DNA from: an uncultured Gemmatimonadales bacterium
GTDB lineage: Bacteria; Gemmatimonadota; Gemmatimonadetes; Gemmatimonadales; GWC2-71-9
Assembly (NCBI GenBank): GCA_947259405.1
Contig: CAMYLY010000009.1
Coordinates: 18,020 to 82,019, forward strand
Direction of reading: 5' to 3'
DNA: 64,000 bases
Shown: piece by piece, positions 37,568 through 47,835 of the stretch
Layout: the number at the start of each line of letters is the position of its first letter
How positions within the stretch are numbered: the stretch's first letter is position 1
Made by a program: the position numbers and the translations under genes
The notes under the pieces: model-generated
Database searches by the model: none
Told to the model about the DNA's origin: nothing
What the model saw: only the letters and a program-made list of their open reading frames with translations

Positions 37568-38160
37568 GACGACATCTCACGCCTGGCAGTGAGTGCCTGA
37601 GCCACCGTGACCGCGTCTGCATACTCGAGGTCACCGCCGACTGGGAGCCCCTGCGCGAGGCGCGACACCCGAATCGCGGGGTTCGCGATGACACCCCGCA
37701 CGAGTGTCGCTGTGGCTTCACCCTCCATCGACGGGTTGGTGGCCACGATAATTTCCCTGACCGGCGTCCCGTTTCCCACTCGCGCCTCGAGCGCCTGCAA
37801 CCGCAGGTCATCGGGACCAATGCCGTCCAGAGGAGACAGCCGACCACCCAAGACGTGATACAGGCCGCGGTATTCCCCAGACCGCTCGATGGCTGTGATG
37901 TCGGACGCCTCTTCTACCACGCAGAGCAACGAACCATCTCGTCGCGGGTCCGTGCAAATCTCGCACGGATCGACTTCACTCAGATTGCCGCACACCGAGC
38001 ATGGAGAGACGCGTTCCGCCACATGCTCGATCGTCGTGGCAAGTCGGCGCGAAGCTTCCGTCGGTTGCTTCAGCAGGAAATACGTCAATCTCGCCGCCGT
38101 TTTCCGGCCGATACCAGGAAGCTTGGCAAACTCGGTAATCAGCTCGTCGATCGCTGACAC
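37564..38160 (-). CDS. recR: Recombination mediator RecR
   Basis: LPGIGRKTA HhH, C4 zinc finger, TOPRIM, EGEATA. Confidence 0.97.
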   Translation of the reverse strand: MSAIDELITEFAKLPGIGRKTAARLTYFLLKQPTEASRRLATTIEHVAERVSPCSVCGNLSEVDPCEICTDPRRDGSLLCVVEEASDITAIERSGEYRGLYHVLGGRLSPLDGIGPDDLRLQALEARVGNGTPVREIIVATNPSMEGEATATLVRGVIANPAIRVSRLAQGLPVGGDLEYADAVTVAQALTARREMSS

Positions 38161-38165
38161 CGCAG

Positions 38166-38483
38166 CTAGAGCGGGAACTGGAATGGAAGAGACATGCCGC
38201 CGGTCAGTTTCTTGACCTCCGATCGGTACACCTCTTCTGCTTTCCGCTGGGCGTCGGCCACGGCGGCAACGACCAAGTCTTCGAGCATTTCCACGTCGCC
38301 GTCCGCCACAACCGTGGGATCGACCTTCACAGACTGCACTTGCCCTCGGCCGTCGGCAGTCACGGTCACCATGCCTCCACCCGCTGACCCGGTGACGGTC
38401 TGCTGTGCGAGCTCAGTCTGCATTTGGGTGAGCCGACCCTGGACTTGCTGCCCTAGTTGAAAAAGCTGTGAGATATCTGGCAT
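38166..38483 (-). CDS. ybaB: YbaB/EbfC nucleoid-associated protein
   Basis: AGGGMVTV, DVEMLEDLV; dnaX-ybaB-recR order. Confidence 0.95.
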   Translation of the reverse strand: MPDISQLFQLGQQVQGRLTQMQTELAQQTVTGSAGGGMVTVTADGRGQVQSVKVDPTVVADGDVEMLEDLVVAAVADAQRKAEEVYRSEVKKLTGGMSLPFQFPL

Positions 38484-38552
38484 GTGCTCTCGAATGATGG
38501 GACTTCTAACTCTATGAGTTGCAAGCTAATAGCGTGGACGAGAGCCCCGCAA

Positions 38553-40238
38553 CTACTCGAGGAGCTCAAGATCGAGGGCCTCGGCAACAGCATCCAAAGC
38601 CGGGTCTTTCTTGCGGTAATGCCGCAGACGTTCCTCCCGATCCTTGTCTCGATCCAGCCGTTGAGGTTCCTCCGATCGCGGGACGGATTCGCCGCTCTCG
38701 GCAGGCCGGTACGCCACGGTGAACGCTCCCCCAATCACAGTGGCGATCGCCCCAGCCACCACCGCCTTGTTGCGCTCCAATCCCTCGAGGTGGACGGATG
38801 TATCGGCAACGTCGAGCGTAATGACCGATCCTTCGACCGTGGCCGGCCTCGCGTGCGTAAGCGCTTCTCTGACCACCCGCCGCTGTTTGCCGGCAGCCTC
38901 AAGTACCGCGGGCCACGACGCGCGCAACGTCTCCACCGACGTCGACGCAGGGTCCGCCGGTCCTGGCGCCGGTGCGGTGGGAACACGGGCCGCCGGTGCC
39001 CTGGCTTTGGCCGGCGCAGGCGGGCGCTGGCGCGCGGAAGCCCGCTCGGGACTCCGAGGGGGAGCGCTCCGTTCCGACTCGTGGACGCCCAAGCGGAGGG
39101 CCGTGATGACATCCTCGAGTTCCACGGTACGATCCAGCAGCGTCCACTCCAAGAGCAACGTCTCGACGTGAAGCCGGACGTTCGGACTGCGGCGGACGGC
39201 CTGTTCCGCCTCCGCCAGGAGTTTGAGCATCCTGAGCACGTCACCCTGAGCGAAGGATGCCGCATGATGGTCCACGGCACGACGAAGCTCGTCCGTCAAC
39301 CCAGCCGGCTCGTCTCCCAGAATGCGGACCATAAGGGCGCGAAGTACTTCGCCAGCACCGCCCACGAGTTCTGCCAGATCCGCCCCGGCCTCGACGATCT
39401 TGGAGACAAACGGAAACACATCGGTCGTGCGGTGTTGCGCCACGATGTCGAGGAGTTCCGCATAGAGCTCGTCGCTGATCAACCCCAGCGCCGATCGAAC
39501 GCGTTCCGCCGTGATGTCCTCGTCGCCAAACGCCAGCGCCTGGTCCAACAGCGACAGCCCGTCGCGCATACCGCCACGCGCCACGCGCGCGATCAACACC
39601 AGAGCATCCTCTTCCGCGCGGAGTTCTTCAGCCTCCACCACGTACCGCAGGCGCTCGACGATCGCACCGGGTCCGATCCGCCTGAAGTCGAAGCGCTGCA
39701 ACCGGCTCATGACCGGCGCGGCCGTGTTCGCGATCTTCTGCGGTTCGGTCGTCGCAAACACGAACACGACGCGTGGCGGCGGTTCCTCCAGGATCTTGAG
39801 GAGGGCGTTCCACGCTTCACGGGTGAGCATGTGCGCTTCATCGATGATGTAGATCTTGAAGCGATCTGCTCCAGAGGCGGCATACATCGCCCGCTCCCGA
39901 AGCTGCCGCGCGTCATCAACACCGCGGTTGGTGGCGGCGTCGATTTCGATGACATCCAGATTCGTCGATCCCGCCCAGATCCGCGAACACGACTCGCACA
40001 TCCCGCACGGTTCGCCGGCGTTCGCACCGTCCGCCGCGCGTTCGTCACAGTTCAGTGCCATTGCGAGGATTCGGGCGGCGGTCGTCTTGCCGACACCCCG
40101 CGGGCCCGTCAACAGATATCCGTGAGCCACGCGGTTCTTGACCACGGCGCCGGTCAGCCCCGCCGCCACATGTTCCTGGGCGACGAGGTCCGCAAAGCGC
40201 TTGGGGCGGTACTTACGGGCGAGAGCAGTATGACTCAT
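38553..40238 (-). CDS. dnaX: DNA polymerase III subunit gamma/tau
   Basis: ALARKYRP, GPRGVGKT, IIDEAHML, LEEPP. Confidence 0.97.
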   Translation of the reverse strand: MSHTALARKYRPKRFADLVAQEHVAAGLTGAVVKNRVAHGYLLTGPRGVGKTTAARILAMALNCDERAADGANAGEPCGMCESCSRIWAGSTNLDVIEIDAATNRGVDDARQLRERAMYAASGADRFKIYIIDEAHMLTREAWNALLKILEEPPPRVVFVFATTEPQKIANTAAPVMSRLQRFDFRRIGPGAIVERLRYVVEAEELRAEEDALVLIARVARGGMRDGLSLLDQALAFGDEDITAERVRSALGLISDELYAELLDIVAQHRTTDVFPFVSKIVEAGADLAELVGGAGEVLRALMVRILGDEPAGLTDELRRAVDHHAASFAQGDVLRMLKLLAEAEQAVRRSPNVRLHVETLLLEWTLLDRTVELEDVITALRLGVHESERSAPPRSPERASARQRPPAPAKARAPAARVPTAPAPGPADPASTSVETLRASWPAVLEAAGKQRRVVREALTHARPATVEGSVITLDVADTSVHLEGLERNKAVVAGAIATVIGGAFTVAYRPAESGESVPRSEEPQRLDRDKDREERLRHYRKKDPALDAVAEALDLELLE

Positions 40239-40250
40239 GAGATATGAAAA

Positions 40251-40351
40251 GTGCCCCAGGTTACCCGGAGCTGCGCGAAACATCGCTTAGCGCTGCTACC
40301 TTCACGGTCCTGACGCGGTTCACGCGCCCGCACCCTCCGGACCTGGGGCAT
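40251..40351 (-). ncRNA. ffs: Small SRP RNA (4.5S)
   Basis: GUCAGGACC-GUGAA-GGUAGCAGC domain IV; terminal helix UGCCCCAGGU/ACCUGGGGCA; canonical position upstream of dnaX. Confidence 0.92.
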
Positions 40352-40421
40352 GAGTAAGATAACTGATTGCGGATTGCTGAGTGCAGATCTGTCAGCCATC
40401 TGCATTCTGCATTCTGCGATC

Positions 40422-41870
40422 TCACAGATGCCCGCCCCCTTTGTCCCATGTTCCCGGAATGACCAACACAAGCAGCGCATAGAATTCGAGTCGGCCCAGG
40501 AGCATGAGCCCGGCGAGGAGCACGTGAGCACTGGCCCCAAGATCACCGTAGTTGCCCGCGGGCCCGACGGCACCGAGCCCGGGACCAATACTCGACAAGG
40601 CCGCCAGCGCAGCGCTCAACGCCGTGACGAGATCGATGCCCAGGGCCGCCAGCGCGGCAGTGCCCAGCGCGTGCGTGGTCATGTACAGGGCGAGGTACCC
40701 CAGCACGTTCAGCACTACGTCCGAACGAATGGGACGGGACCCCAACTTCGTGACGAGCACGGCTTGGGGATGGATCACTTTGCGCACTTCATCCATCGCG
40801 TGCTTCAGAACGACGGCGACGCGGACGACTTTGAATCCTCCTCCCGTCGATCCACCCATCGCGCCCGTGAACATGAGCCCCAACAGCACGACCTGTCCAA
40901 AAACCGGCCAAGCACCAAAGTCCGCCGTCGCGAAGCCGGTCGTGGAGAGAATCGCCGCCACATTGAAGACACTCTCGCGCACGGTCGTCGCACCGAGTCC
41001 CGTCCCCGCCATCCCCAGGGTCACCATCACCGCCACCGCGGAGAGGACGCCAAACGCCAAATACCACCGCCATTCTCGATCCCGCCATAGGCGGCCGGGC
41101 TCACCCGTCAGCGCCCTATAGTGCAGAGTGAAGTTGGTGCCAGCAGCAATCATGAAGATCACGGTGACCCACTGGATGGCGTGGGAGAACGCGGCAAGTG
41201 ACGCGGTGTGGGTCGAGAACCCGCCGGTCGCGAGACAGCTCATGGCGTGGTTGACCGCATCGAAGGCCGACATACCCAGACTGTAGTAGATGAGCGCCAG
41301 CAGGCTGGTAAAGCCGGCATAGATACCCCACAATCGCTGGGCCGTCGATGCGATGCGTGGAGTCAGTCGATCACTGCTGATGCCTGGTGCTTCCGCTCGG
41401 AAGAGCTGCGCCCCACCCATCCCAATGAGGGGCAGGATAGCTACGCCAAGGACGATGATGCCCATGCCGCCCAACCAATGCGAGATACTTCTCCATAAGA
41501 GGATGCTTCGAGGCAGATCCTCGACAGCGGGAAACACCGTCGCTCCCGTGGTCGTGAACCCCGAGACCGATTCGAAGAACGCTGCGGCGACGGAATCGGT
41601 GACGCCAGTGAACACGAAGGGCAGCATGCCGGCGGCGACGACAGCCAACCAGCCCAGACCGACCACCGCAAGCCCTTCTCGGGGATTGATCGAGACGCGG
41701 CGAGGAGTTAGCAGCCAGAGGCCACCGCCCACCAATCCCGTGACACCGATGCTGAAGACCCAGGGCGGAAGAAGGCCCTCACTCACCGCGAAGGTCGCTG
41801 GGAAAACCATCGCGGCGGCCGTCCAGGCCAGGAGGGCACCGACGATGTGGAGGACTTCCCGAACGTTCAC
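40422..41870 (-). CDS. trkH: Trk potassium uptake membrane protein
   Basis: FESVSGFTTTGAT, ATGGFS, STTGF, GSTGGGFK, GRLE. Confidence 0.95.
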   Translation of the reverse strand: MNVREVLHIVGALLAWTAAAMVFPATFAVSEGLLPPWVFSIGVTGLVGGGLWLLTPRRVSINPREGLAVVGLGWLAVVAAGMLPFVFTGVTDSVAAAFFESVSGFTTTGATVFPAVEDLPRSILLWRSISHWLGGMGIIVLGVAILPLIGMGGAQLFRAEAPGISSDRLTPRIASTAQRLWGIYAGFTSLLALIYYSLGMSAFDAVNHAMSCLATGGFSTHTASLAAFSHAIQWVTVIFMIAAGTNFTLHYRALTGEPGRLWRDREWRWYLAFGVLSAVAVMVTLGMAGTGLGATTVRESVFNVAAILSTTGFATADFGAWPVFGQVVLLGLMFTGAMGGSTGGGFKVVRVAVVLKHAMDEVRKVIHPQAVLVTKLGSRPIRSDVVLNVLGYLALYMTTHALGTAALAALGIDLVTALSAALAALSSIGPGLGAVGPAGNYGDLGASAHVLLAGLMLLGRLEFYALLVLVIPGTWDKGGGHL

Positions 41871-43216
41871 GACGGAAAGAGCTTGATGACGTCTTTGACA
41901 GCCTTGGGGAGCGCGAACACGATGACGGAGTCTCCGGCTCGAACACGATCTGCGCCGCGTGGAACTGTCACCCTCTTCCCGTGCACAATGGCCGCCACGA
42001 CCGCCCCTTCGGGAAAATCGATGTCCTTGAGTTCACGACCGACGACTGGTGCCTGTCGGTCGACGTAGAAGGCAATCGCCTCTGCCTCGCTTCCCTTGAA
42101 CGTCGCAACGCGCGTCACATTCCCGCGCCGGACCAAGCGGAGAATCGCGTTCGCCGCCGACAGTCGTGGGCTCACTGCAGCGTCCAACCCTATGCGTCTT
42201 GCCAAGGGTACGTATTCGCTCTTGTTCACCAGCGTGATGACCTGTTTGGCGCCCGAATGCTTTGCCACCAGCGACGACAGGATGTTGGTGTCGTCCTCGT
42301 CGGTGAGCGCCAGGAACGCATCGGTGCCTCCCACGCCTTCGAGTTCCAAGAGCTCGATGTCCGTGGCATCACCATGAAGGATGAGGGCCTTGTCGAGTTT
42401 TTCGGCGAGTTCCTGCGCCCGGGCGCGATCGGCTACCAACAGCGTGGACTGCACGCCGTGCTGGTGCAGGATCTGGGACAAGTAGAACGCCTCGACACTC
42501 CCACCCGCAATCATCACGCGCTTGAGTCTGGCCCGCTCATGCCCACAGAGTTGGAGCGCCCGCGGAATCTGATCTACCGTCGCAGCCACATAGAGTTGGT
42601 CGCCAGCCTGCACCATGGTTGAGCCCTTCGGCACCAAGGTCTCCCCATTTCGCTGCACGGCGACGGTGAGCAAATGCTGATTCTCCTCGGTGCCGACATC
42701 CTGCAGCGTGCGACCGGCAATGGGCGCATCGGCAGTGAGTTGGAGAGCCAGCAACTGGACCGCGCCATCGGCAAACACGGCGATGTCCGTGGCAGCGGTC
42801 GCCTGGAGGAGCCGAATAGTCTCCAACGCCAGCTCGCGCTCAGGGTTGATCAGCACGTCCACGCCGAACCGCTCTGGATGGAGGTGCTGCCCCTGCCCGT
42901 AGAAGTCCGGATTCGACACGCGCGCGACTTTGACGATCCGACTGGAGCTATGCGCGCTCATGCATGAAACGAGATTGACCTCGTCCATGTTGGTCACGGC
43001 GATCAGGAGTCCCGCACCATCGATCCCGGCTTGCTCGAGCACAACGGGACTCGTCCCACTTCCTTGGATGACGGCAACGTCGAGGTGGCTGGACACGTAC
43101 TCCAAGCGGTCCCTATCGACGTCGACGACGATGACGTCGTGACGTTCGTTCGTCAGCCGTTCGGAAACGTAATAGCCGACTTCCCCCGCCCCAACCACGA
43201 TGACTCTCATAGGCAC
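41867..43216 (-). CDS. trkA: Trk system regulatory subunit
   Basis: VVGAGEVG and tandem RCK domains. Confidence 0.95.
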   Translation of the reverse strand: MPMRVIVVGAGEVGYYVSERLTNERHDVIVVDVDRDRLEYVSSHLDVAVIQGSGTSPVVLEQAGIDGAGLLIAVTNMDEVNLVSCMSAHSSSRIVKVARVSNPDFYGQGQHLHPERFGVDVLINPERELALETIRLLQATAATDIAVFADGAVQLLALQLTADAPIAGRTLQDVGTEENQHLLTVAVQRNGETLVPKGSTMVQAGDQLYVAATVDQIPRALQLCGHERARLKRVMIAGGSVEAFYLSQILHQHGVQSTLLVADRARAQELAEKLDKALILHGDATDIELLELEGVGGTDAFLALTDEDDTNILSSLVAKHSGAKQVITLVNKSEYVPLARRIGLDAAVSPRLSAANAILRLVRRGNVTRVATFKGSEAEAIAFYVDRQAPVVGRELKDIDFPEGAVVAAIVHGKRVTVPRGADRVRAGDSVIVFALPKAVKDVIKLFPS

Positions 43217-43267
43217 CCAATCATGCCGGGGTCCGATCCAAAGCGCAATCGTGCCCGAGTGGGGAGG

Positions 43268-44287
43268 TCACCGGTCAACCACTCGGGCGATGGTGTCCGC
43301 CGCCTGCTCGACATCGTCTTTGGCAACGTCAAGGTGCATCACCGCACGCAGCGTGCGGGAACCGAACTCGACGACCCGCACTCCCGCCGCATCGAGCTGC
43401 GAGACCGCGTCAGCCGATCCCATCTCTCCAGTCAACTCGAGCATCAGGATGTTCGTCTCCGGTTCCCTCGCCGAGACGAACTCGTTGTCCGTCAGGCGGT
43501 GCGCGAGCAGCCGCGCGAGCCGGTGATCTTCCTCGAGGCGTTCTACATGGTGATCCAGCGCGTAGAGGCACGCGGCGGCGAGGATTCCGGTCTGCCGCAT
43601 CCCCCCGCCAAGTCGCTTTCGGATTTCCCACGCGCGTCCCAACACGTCGCGGCCGCCCACCAAACAGCTGCCGACTGGACAGCCAAGTCCCTTGGAGAAA
43701 GAGACCATGACGGTCGTCGCACCTCTCGTCAGACGCTCCAGTGGTATGTCTGCAGCCACTGCCGCATGCCAGATTCGCGCGCCGTCGAGGTGGATCGGCA
43801 CCCTGCGCTCGTCGGCGAGACGGACGAGGCCGTCCCAACACTCGAGCGGCAAGAGGCGACCCCCAGAGGCGTTATGGGTGTTCTCTGCGGCCATCATGCT
43901 TATACGCGGGAGGAATCGCGACGCCCGGCGCCACCCACGTCGAGCCGCGGAGGGGGTGAGGATGCCATCCGTCGTGGTTACGGGTCGAGCCTGCACGCCG
44001 GCGAGAGCGGCCAGCGCCCCCAACTCGTAGTGGATTAAATGCGCGTTCTCTTCGAGGAGAACTTCCGTCCCGGATTCGGACAGGACCCACACCGCGGTCT
44101 GATTGGCCTGGGTCCCCGAGGGAAAGAAGAGCGCTGCCTCTTGCCCGAACAGCCGCGCGACCCGTTCCTCGAGTCGCGCGGTCGTCGGATCGCCATCGAG
44201 CACGTCGTCACCTACCTCGGCGTCCATCATCGCACGTCGCATCGCGGCCGACGGGTGGGTAACCGTGTCACTGCGAAGATCGATCAC
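43268..44287 (-). CDS. ltaE: Low-specificity L-threonine aldolase
   Basis: IDLRSDTVT, ENTHN, HLDGAR, SKGLGCPVGS, GGGMRQ. Confidence 0.93.
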   Translation of the reverse strand: MIDLRSDTVTHPSAAMRRAMMDAEVGDDVLDGDPTTARLEERVARLFGQEAALFFPSGTQANQTAVWVLSESGTEVLLEENAHLIHYELGALAALAGVQARPVTTTDGILTPSAARRGWRRASRFLPRISMMAAENTHNASGGRLLPLECWDGLVRLADERRVPIHLDGARIWHAAVAADIPLERLTRGATTVMVSFSKGLGCPVGSCLVGGRDVLGRAWEIRKRLGGGMRQTGILAAACLYALDHHVERLEEDHRLARLLAHRLTDNEFVSAREPETNILMLELTGEMGSADAVSQLDAAGVRVVEFGSRTLRAVMHLDVAKDDVEQAADTIARVVDR

Positions 44288-45138
44288 GCCAGGATGGCAC
44301 GCTGCGCGCGTTGGCGTCGCATCAAATCGTAGGTCTCCGCCACTTCCCCTCCAACCAAAAAGACACAGGCGATCAGGTACAACCACAACAACCCGAGGAT
44401 CAATGCGATGGCGTTCGCATTCGACAGTAGGCGGTCGAACGTCGCGAAGCTCGCCAGATAGAGCGCGAACCCGAACTTCGCAACCTCGAAGCTGAGCGCG
44501 GCAACTGCGGAGGCAACGAGCGCGGTGTCCCACTTGATCGGTCGGCTTGGCAGGACGGTGTAGGCCAAGAAAAACAGGAAGACGCCGACGGCGAATACGG
44601 AGAGCTCCGACACGAAGCGACCAAGCCATGGCGAACGTGCGAAGACCACGGTCAACGCGGCGTTGGCCACGATCAAGACCAACGAGGCCAATACCATGGT
44701 AAGGTCCAGGGCCTTCCCGAAGAAGAACGGACGGTTCTCATCAGTGTCGAACACTTCGTTCAACGCGGCGCGAGCGCCAGCAAACAGGCGCATGGCAAGC
44801 CAGAGAAAGAGCGGGATACCCCAAAGGGAAAACTGGGTCCGGCTGTCAATCACGCCTTGGACGATGCTCTCGAGCCGCGTAAGTGACTCCACCGTGCCGG
44901 CGCCGGGCAGCAGCGCATCCATGATCTGGACGATGTCCGCCGTGCTCTGTTCGCCGGCGTGCAGGGCGAAGCCGAGCGCGGACAACACGAGAAAGGCGAA
45001 GGGCAGGAATGCGAGCAACGCGTCGAAGGTGAGCGCACTCGCGAGGAAGAGAATGTTGTCTTCGTAGGCGCCGATCAGGACGCGCCGAGCGAAGCCGCTG
45101 GGCGAGAACGCCCACCCGCGCCTCGGCTGTGTCGACAA
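44284..45138 (-). CDS. YihY/BrkB family membrane protein
   Basis: ASALTF..LLAFLP, LWLYL..LVGGE. Confidence 0.85.
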   Translation of the reverse strand: MSTQPRRGWAFSPSGFARRVLIGAYEDNILFLASALTFDALLAFLPFAFLVLSALGFALHAGEQSTADIVQIMDALLPGAGTVESLTRLESIVQGVIDSRTQFSLWGIPLFLWLAMRLFAGARAALNEVFDTDENRPFFFGKALDLTMVLASLVLIVANAALTVVFARSPWLGRFVSELSVFAVGVFLFFLAYTVLPSRPIKWDTALVASAVAALSFEVAKFGFALYLASFATFDRLLSNANAIALILGLLWLYLIACVFLVGGEVAETYDLMRRQRAQRAILA

Positions 45139-45159
45139 CGTGTTGTCAGGCTCGGGGTG

Positions 45160-45570
45160 TTACTCCGAAGCCTCTTCCGCCGTCGTCACTTTCCGGCGCG
45201 AACGCGTTTCCGACAGCCGTTTCTCAAGCTCATCGCGCGCCGTGCTCACGGCCGCCTTGCCCGCGTCGACCGCCTCGCGTGCTTCCCCGTGGCGCTCTTT
45301 GAGTGTCTTGCGAACCGACTCGAACCCGTTCTCGAACCGTTCCTTGGCCTGCTCGTACCTGCCTTCGACGCGCTCGGCGAGCTCGTCGGCCGCTTCGCTC
45401 GCGCGATCCCTCACGCGGCGGCCGCGGTCGCCTATCGCGCGTCGCGTATCCTCGCCACTCTGTGGCGCCATCAGCAGCGCCGCCACGGCACCCAGTGCCG
45501 CGCCGAAGAGGAACGCCCCAACTCCACTCGAACGTTCGACGATTATGACCGGTCGATCATCTTGACTCAT
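45160..45570 (-). CDS. YtxH domain protein
   Basis: FLFGAALGAVAALLMAPQSGEDTR. Confidence 0.9.
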   Translation of the reverse strand: MSQDDRPVIIVERSSGVGAFLFGAALGAVAALLMAPQSGEDTRRAIGDRGRRVRDRASEAADELAERVEGRYEQAKERFENGFESVRKTLKERHGEAREAVDAGKAAVSTARDELEKRLSETRSRRKVTTAEEASE

Positions 45571-45633
45571 CTGTCGCCCCTAACTCCTCTACGCCCTTGT
45601 TTAGCTTGAATTTAGTGCCCCACACTGGCGGCG

Positions 45634-46407
45634 TCAAAACGTCACTGCAAGCCCGTCATATGCCGGTGATACACCGTCCGGAAGCCGACTTTCCAGTGCG
45701 GCATGGGAGAATCGATGCGTCAGGTGGGTCAAGAAGACGCGGGAGGCTCCGATTCGCTCGGCAAGTTGCACGGCCTCATTGATCGAAAGATGCGTCGGAT
45801 GCGGCCGTTCGAACAACGCATTCAGCACCAAGACATCAATGCCCCGAAGCAATTCGACGGCCCTGTTGGAAACAGACTTGGCGTCCGTCACATAGGCCAT
45901 GTTCTCAACGCGGTACCCGAACACGGTCGTGCCCCCGTGGTCGACCTCAACAGGAAGTACCGAGAAGCCGGCGATGACCGTCTCCTCCCACGGCGCCAGG
46001 GCGTTCAAAACCAGTTCAGGTTTCGACGTTCCGGGAGGCGGGCGGACCGCCGGGTCGAAGATGTACCCAAACCGCGCCTGAATCTGATTGAGCGTGTCCT
46101 GCGCGCCGTAGAGTGCGAGGCCGCCTCGCCGGATGGAGATGGCGCGGAGATCGTCGATGCCGTGCAGGTGGTCCGCATGCTCATGCGTGTAGAGCACAGC
46201 GTCCACTCCGTCGACTTTGGCACCGAGCATCTGCAGGCGGAGTTCCGGTGGCGTGTCGATCAGTAGGCGGGCATCGTCGTCCCGTTCGATCAAGGCAGAG
46301 GTGCGCGTCCGGCGGTCGCGGGGGTCGTTCGAGGAACAGACGTCGCATCCACATCCCACGACAGGCACGCCAAACGACGTGCCCGACCCCAAGACCGTGA
46401 GACGCAC
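45634..46407 (-). CDS. MBL-fold phosphodiesterase (PhnP-like)
   Basis: LGSGTSFGVPVVGCGCDVC, THEHADHLHG. Confidence 0.9.
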   Translation of the reverse strand: MRLTVLGSGTSFGVPVVGCGCDVCSSNDPRDRRTRTSALIERDDDARLLIDTPPELRLQMLGAKVDGVDAVLYTHEHADHLHGIDDLRAISIRRGGLALYGAQDTLNQIQARFGYIFDPAVRPPPGTSKPELVLNALAPWEETVIAGFSVLPVEVDHGGTTVFGYRVENMAYVTDAKSVSNRAVELLRGIDVLVLNALFERPHPTHLSINEAVQLAERIGASRVFLTHLTHRFSHAALESRLPDGVSPAYDGLAVTF

Positions 46408-46410
46408 GGA

Positions 46411-47835
46411 CTACACCGACTCGACCTTCACCAGATTAGTCGTACCCGGAACGTCAAACGGTACTCCGGCGGTGACGACCACTCGGTCTTCGGGCGACGC
46501 GAGGCCGCGGGCGACGAGTTCCTCGCGGGCCCGACCCAACATTGCATCGTAGCTTGGGACGTCCTGCGCCAGCGCCGGGGACACACCCCACACCAACGCC
46601 AAGTAGCAGCACGTCTCCGGCTCGGTCGACAAGCCGAGAATGGGTGGCTCCGGCCGATGCGTGGAGATCTTGCGTGCGGTGAACCCACTCTTGGTGAAGC
46701 AAACGATTGCCGGCACGTTGAGCAGCGCTCCAGCGACGGTGGTCGCAAACGCGATCGCCTCGTCGACGCCGGCACGATCACCAAAACCCAGGTGCGTGGC
46801 CTGCCGAGCATGCGGGGGAAACTCACTGAACGACTTCTCGATCTCGATCACAATCCGAGCCATGGCCTTCACCGTCGCCACCGGATACTGCCCGATCGCG
46901 GTCTCCGCGGACAGCATGACGGCATCCGTCCCGTCCAGGATCGCATTCGCCACGTCCGAGGCTTCCGCCCGCGTCGGCCGTGGGTTGTGAATCATCGATT
47001 CCAACATCTGGGTCGCCGTGATCACCGGCTTGGCGCTGCTGTTTGCCAGCGCGATCAGCCGTTTCTGTGTGAGTGGGACCTCTTCGAAGGGGAGCTCAAC
47101 CCCAAGATCGCCCCGCGCGACCATCACCACGTCGCTCGCCTCGACAATGCGCGGCAGATCGGCAACGGCTGCCGCTTTCTCAATCTTGGCGACGACACGA
47201 ACCCCATCCGGCACCAACGATCGCACGGACTCGACGTCCTCCGCCCGCCGGACGAACGACACGCCAATGAAGTTGGCCCCCCAATCCGTGGCAATCTTCA
47301 CCGTTTCACGATCCGTCTCCGTGAGTACGGGGGCGCTGACTTGCACGCCTGGGAGGTTGATGCCCTTGCTACTCAGCAGCTGGCCCCCATGGCGTACGAC
47401 GGCATGCACACGGTCGTCTTTGACATCCTGGACCTCGACCCCAATGAGCCCGTCGTTGAGGAGGATCCGGGAACCAACTTTCACGTCGTCGGCTAGGGCA
47501 TCGTAGGTCGTGGGGATCTCGTCACCGGTAGCCACGGCCTCGTGGGCGAACACGATCTTGGCGCCATCCGCCAAGTCCCGCGGCGCAGCCATTGTCCCAA
47601 CTCGTATCCGCGGTCCCCGTAGGTCGACCAGAATGCCCACGTGGCGATCCAGATCGTCCGACAACTTGCGTACCCGGTCGATCCAGGTGGACCAAACCTT
47701 GGGATCCCCATGGGAGCTATTGACGCGGATGACGTCGACCCCGGCCTCCAGCATCTGCGCCAGGACCGCCTCTTCAGCCGAGGCAGGACCCAGGGTCGCG
47801 ACGATTTTCGTTCTGCGCACGTGGTCGATACTCAT
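46411..47835 (-). CDS. pyk: Pyruvate kinase
   Basis: RTKIVATLGP, AKIEK, MVARGDLGVE, TQMLESM, VMLSAETA. Confidence 0.97.
   Translation of the reverse strand: MSIDHVRRTKIVATLGPASAEEAVLAQMLEAGVDVIRVNSSHGDPKVWSTWIDRVRKLSDDLDRHVGILVDLRGPRIRVGTMAAPRDLADGAKIVFAHEAVATGDEIPTTYDALADDVKVGSRILLNDGLIGVEVQDVKDDRVHAVVRHGGQLLSSKGINLPGVQVSAPVLTETDRETVKIATDWGANFIGVSFVRRAEDVESVRSLVPDGVRVVAKIEKAAAVADLPRIVEASDVVMVARGDLGVELPFEEVPLTQKRLIALANSSAKPVITATQMLESMIHNPRPTRAEASDVANAILDGTDAVMLSAETAIGQYPVATVKAMARIVIEIEKSFSEFPPHARQATHLGFGDRAGVDEAIAFATTVAGALLNVPAIVCFTKSGFTARKISTHRPEPPILGLSTEPETCCYLALVWGVSPALAQDVPSYDAMLGRAREELVARGLASPEDRVVVTAGVPFDVPGTTNLVKVESV

Noticed and set aside
38553-40238. Programmed frameshift in dnaX
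   Set aside because: No A AAA AAG slippery site or long A run is visible in the coding strand.
38484-40247. Long + strand ORF (587 aa) and similar antisense ORFs such as 59026-60549, 53692-54933 and 12138-13139
   Set aside because: Shadow frames of high-GC genes; no motifs, and they fully overlap well-supported genes.
43268-44629. N-terminal extensions in the ORF track (ltaE; also 7390, 15842, 40283, 47904, 58665, 59260)
   Set aside because: The extensions overlap neighbouring genes or the SRP RNA; downstream starts match family N-termini and gene overlaps.
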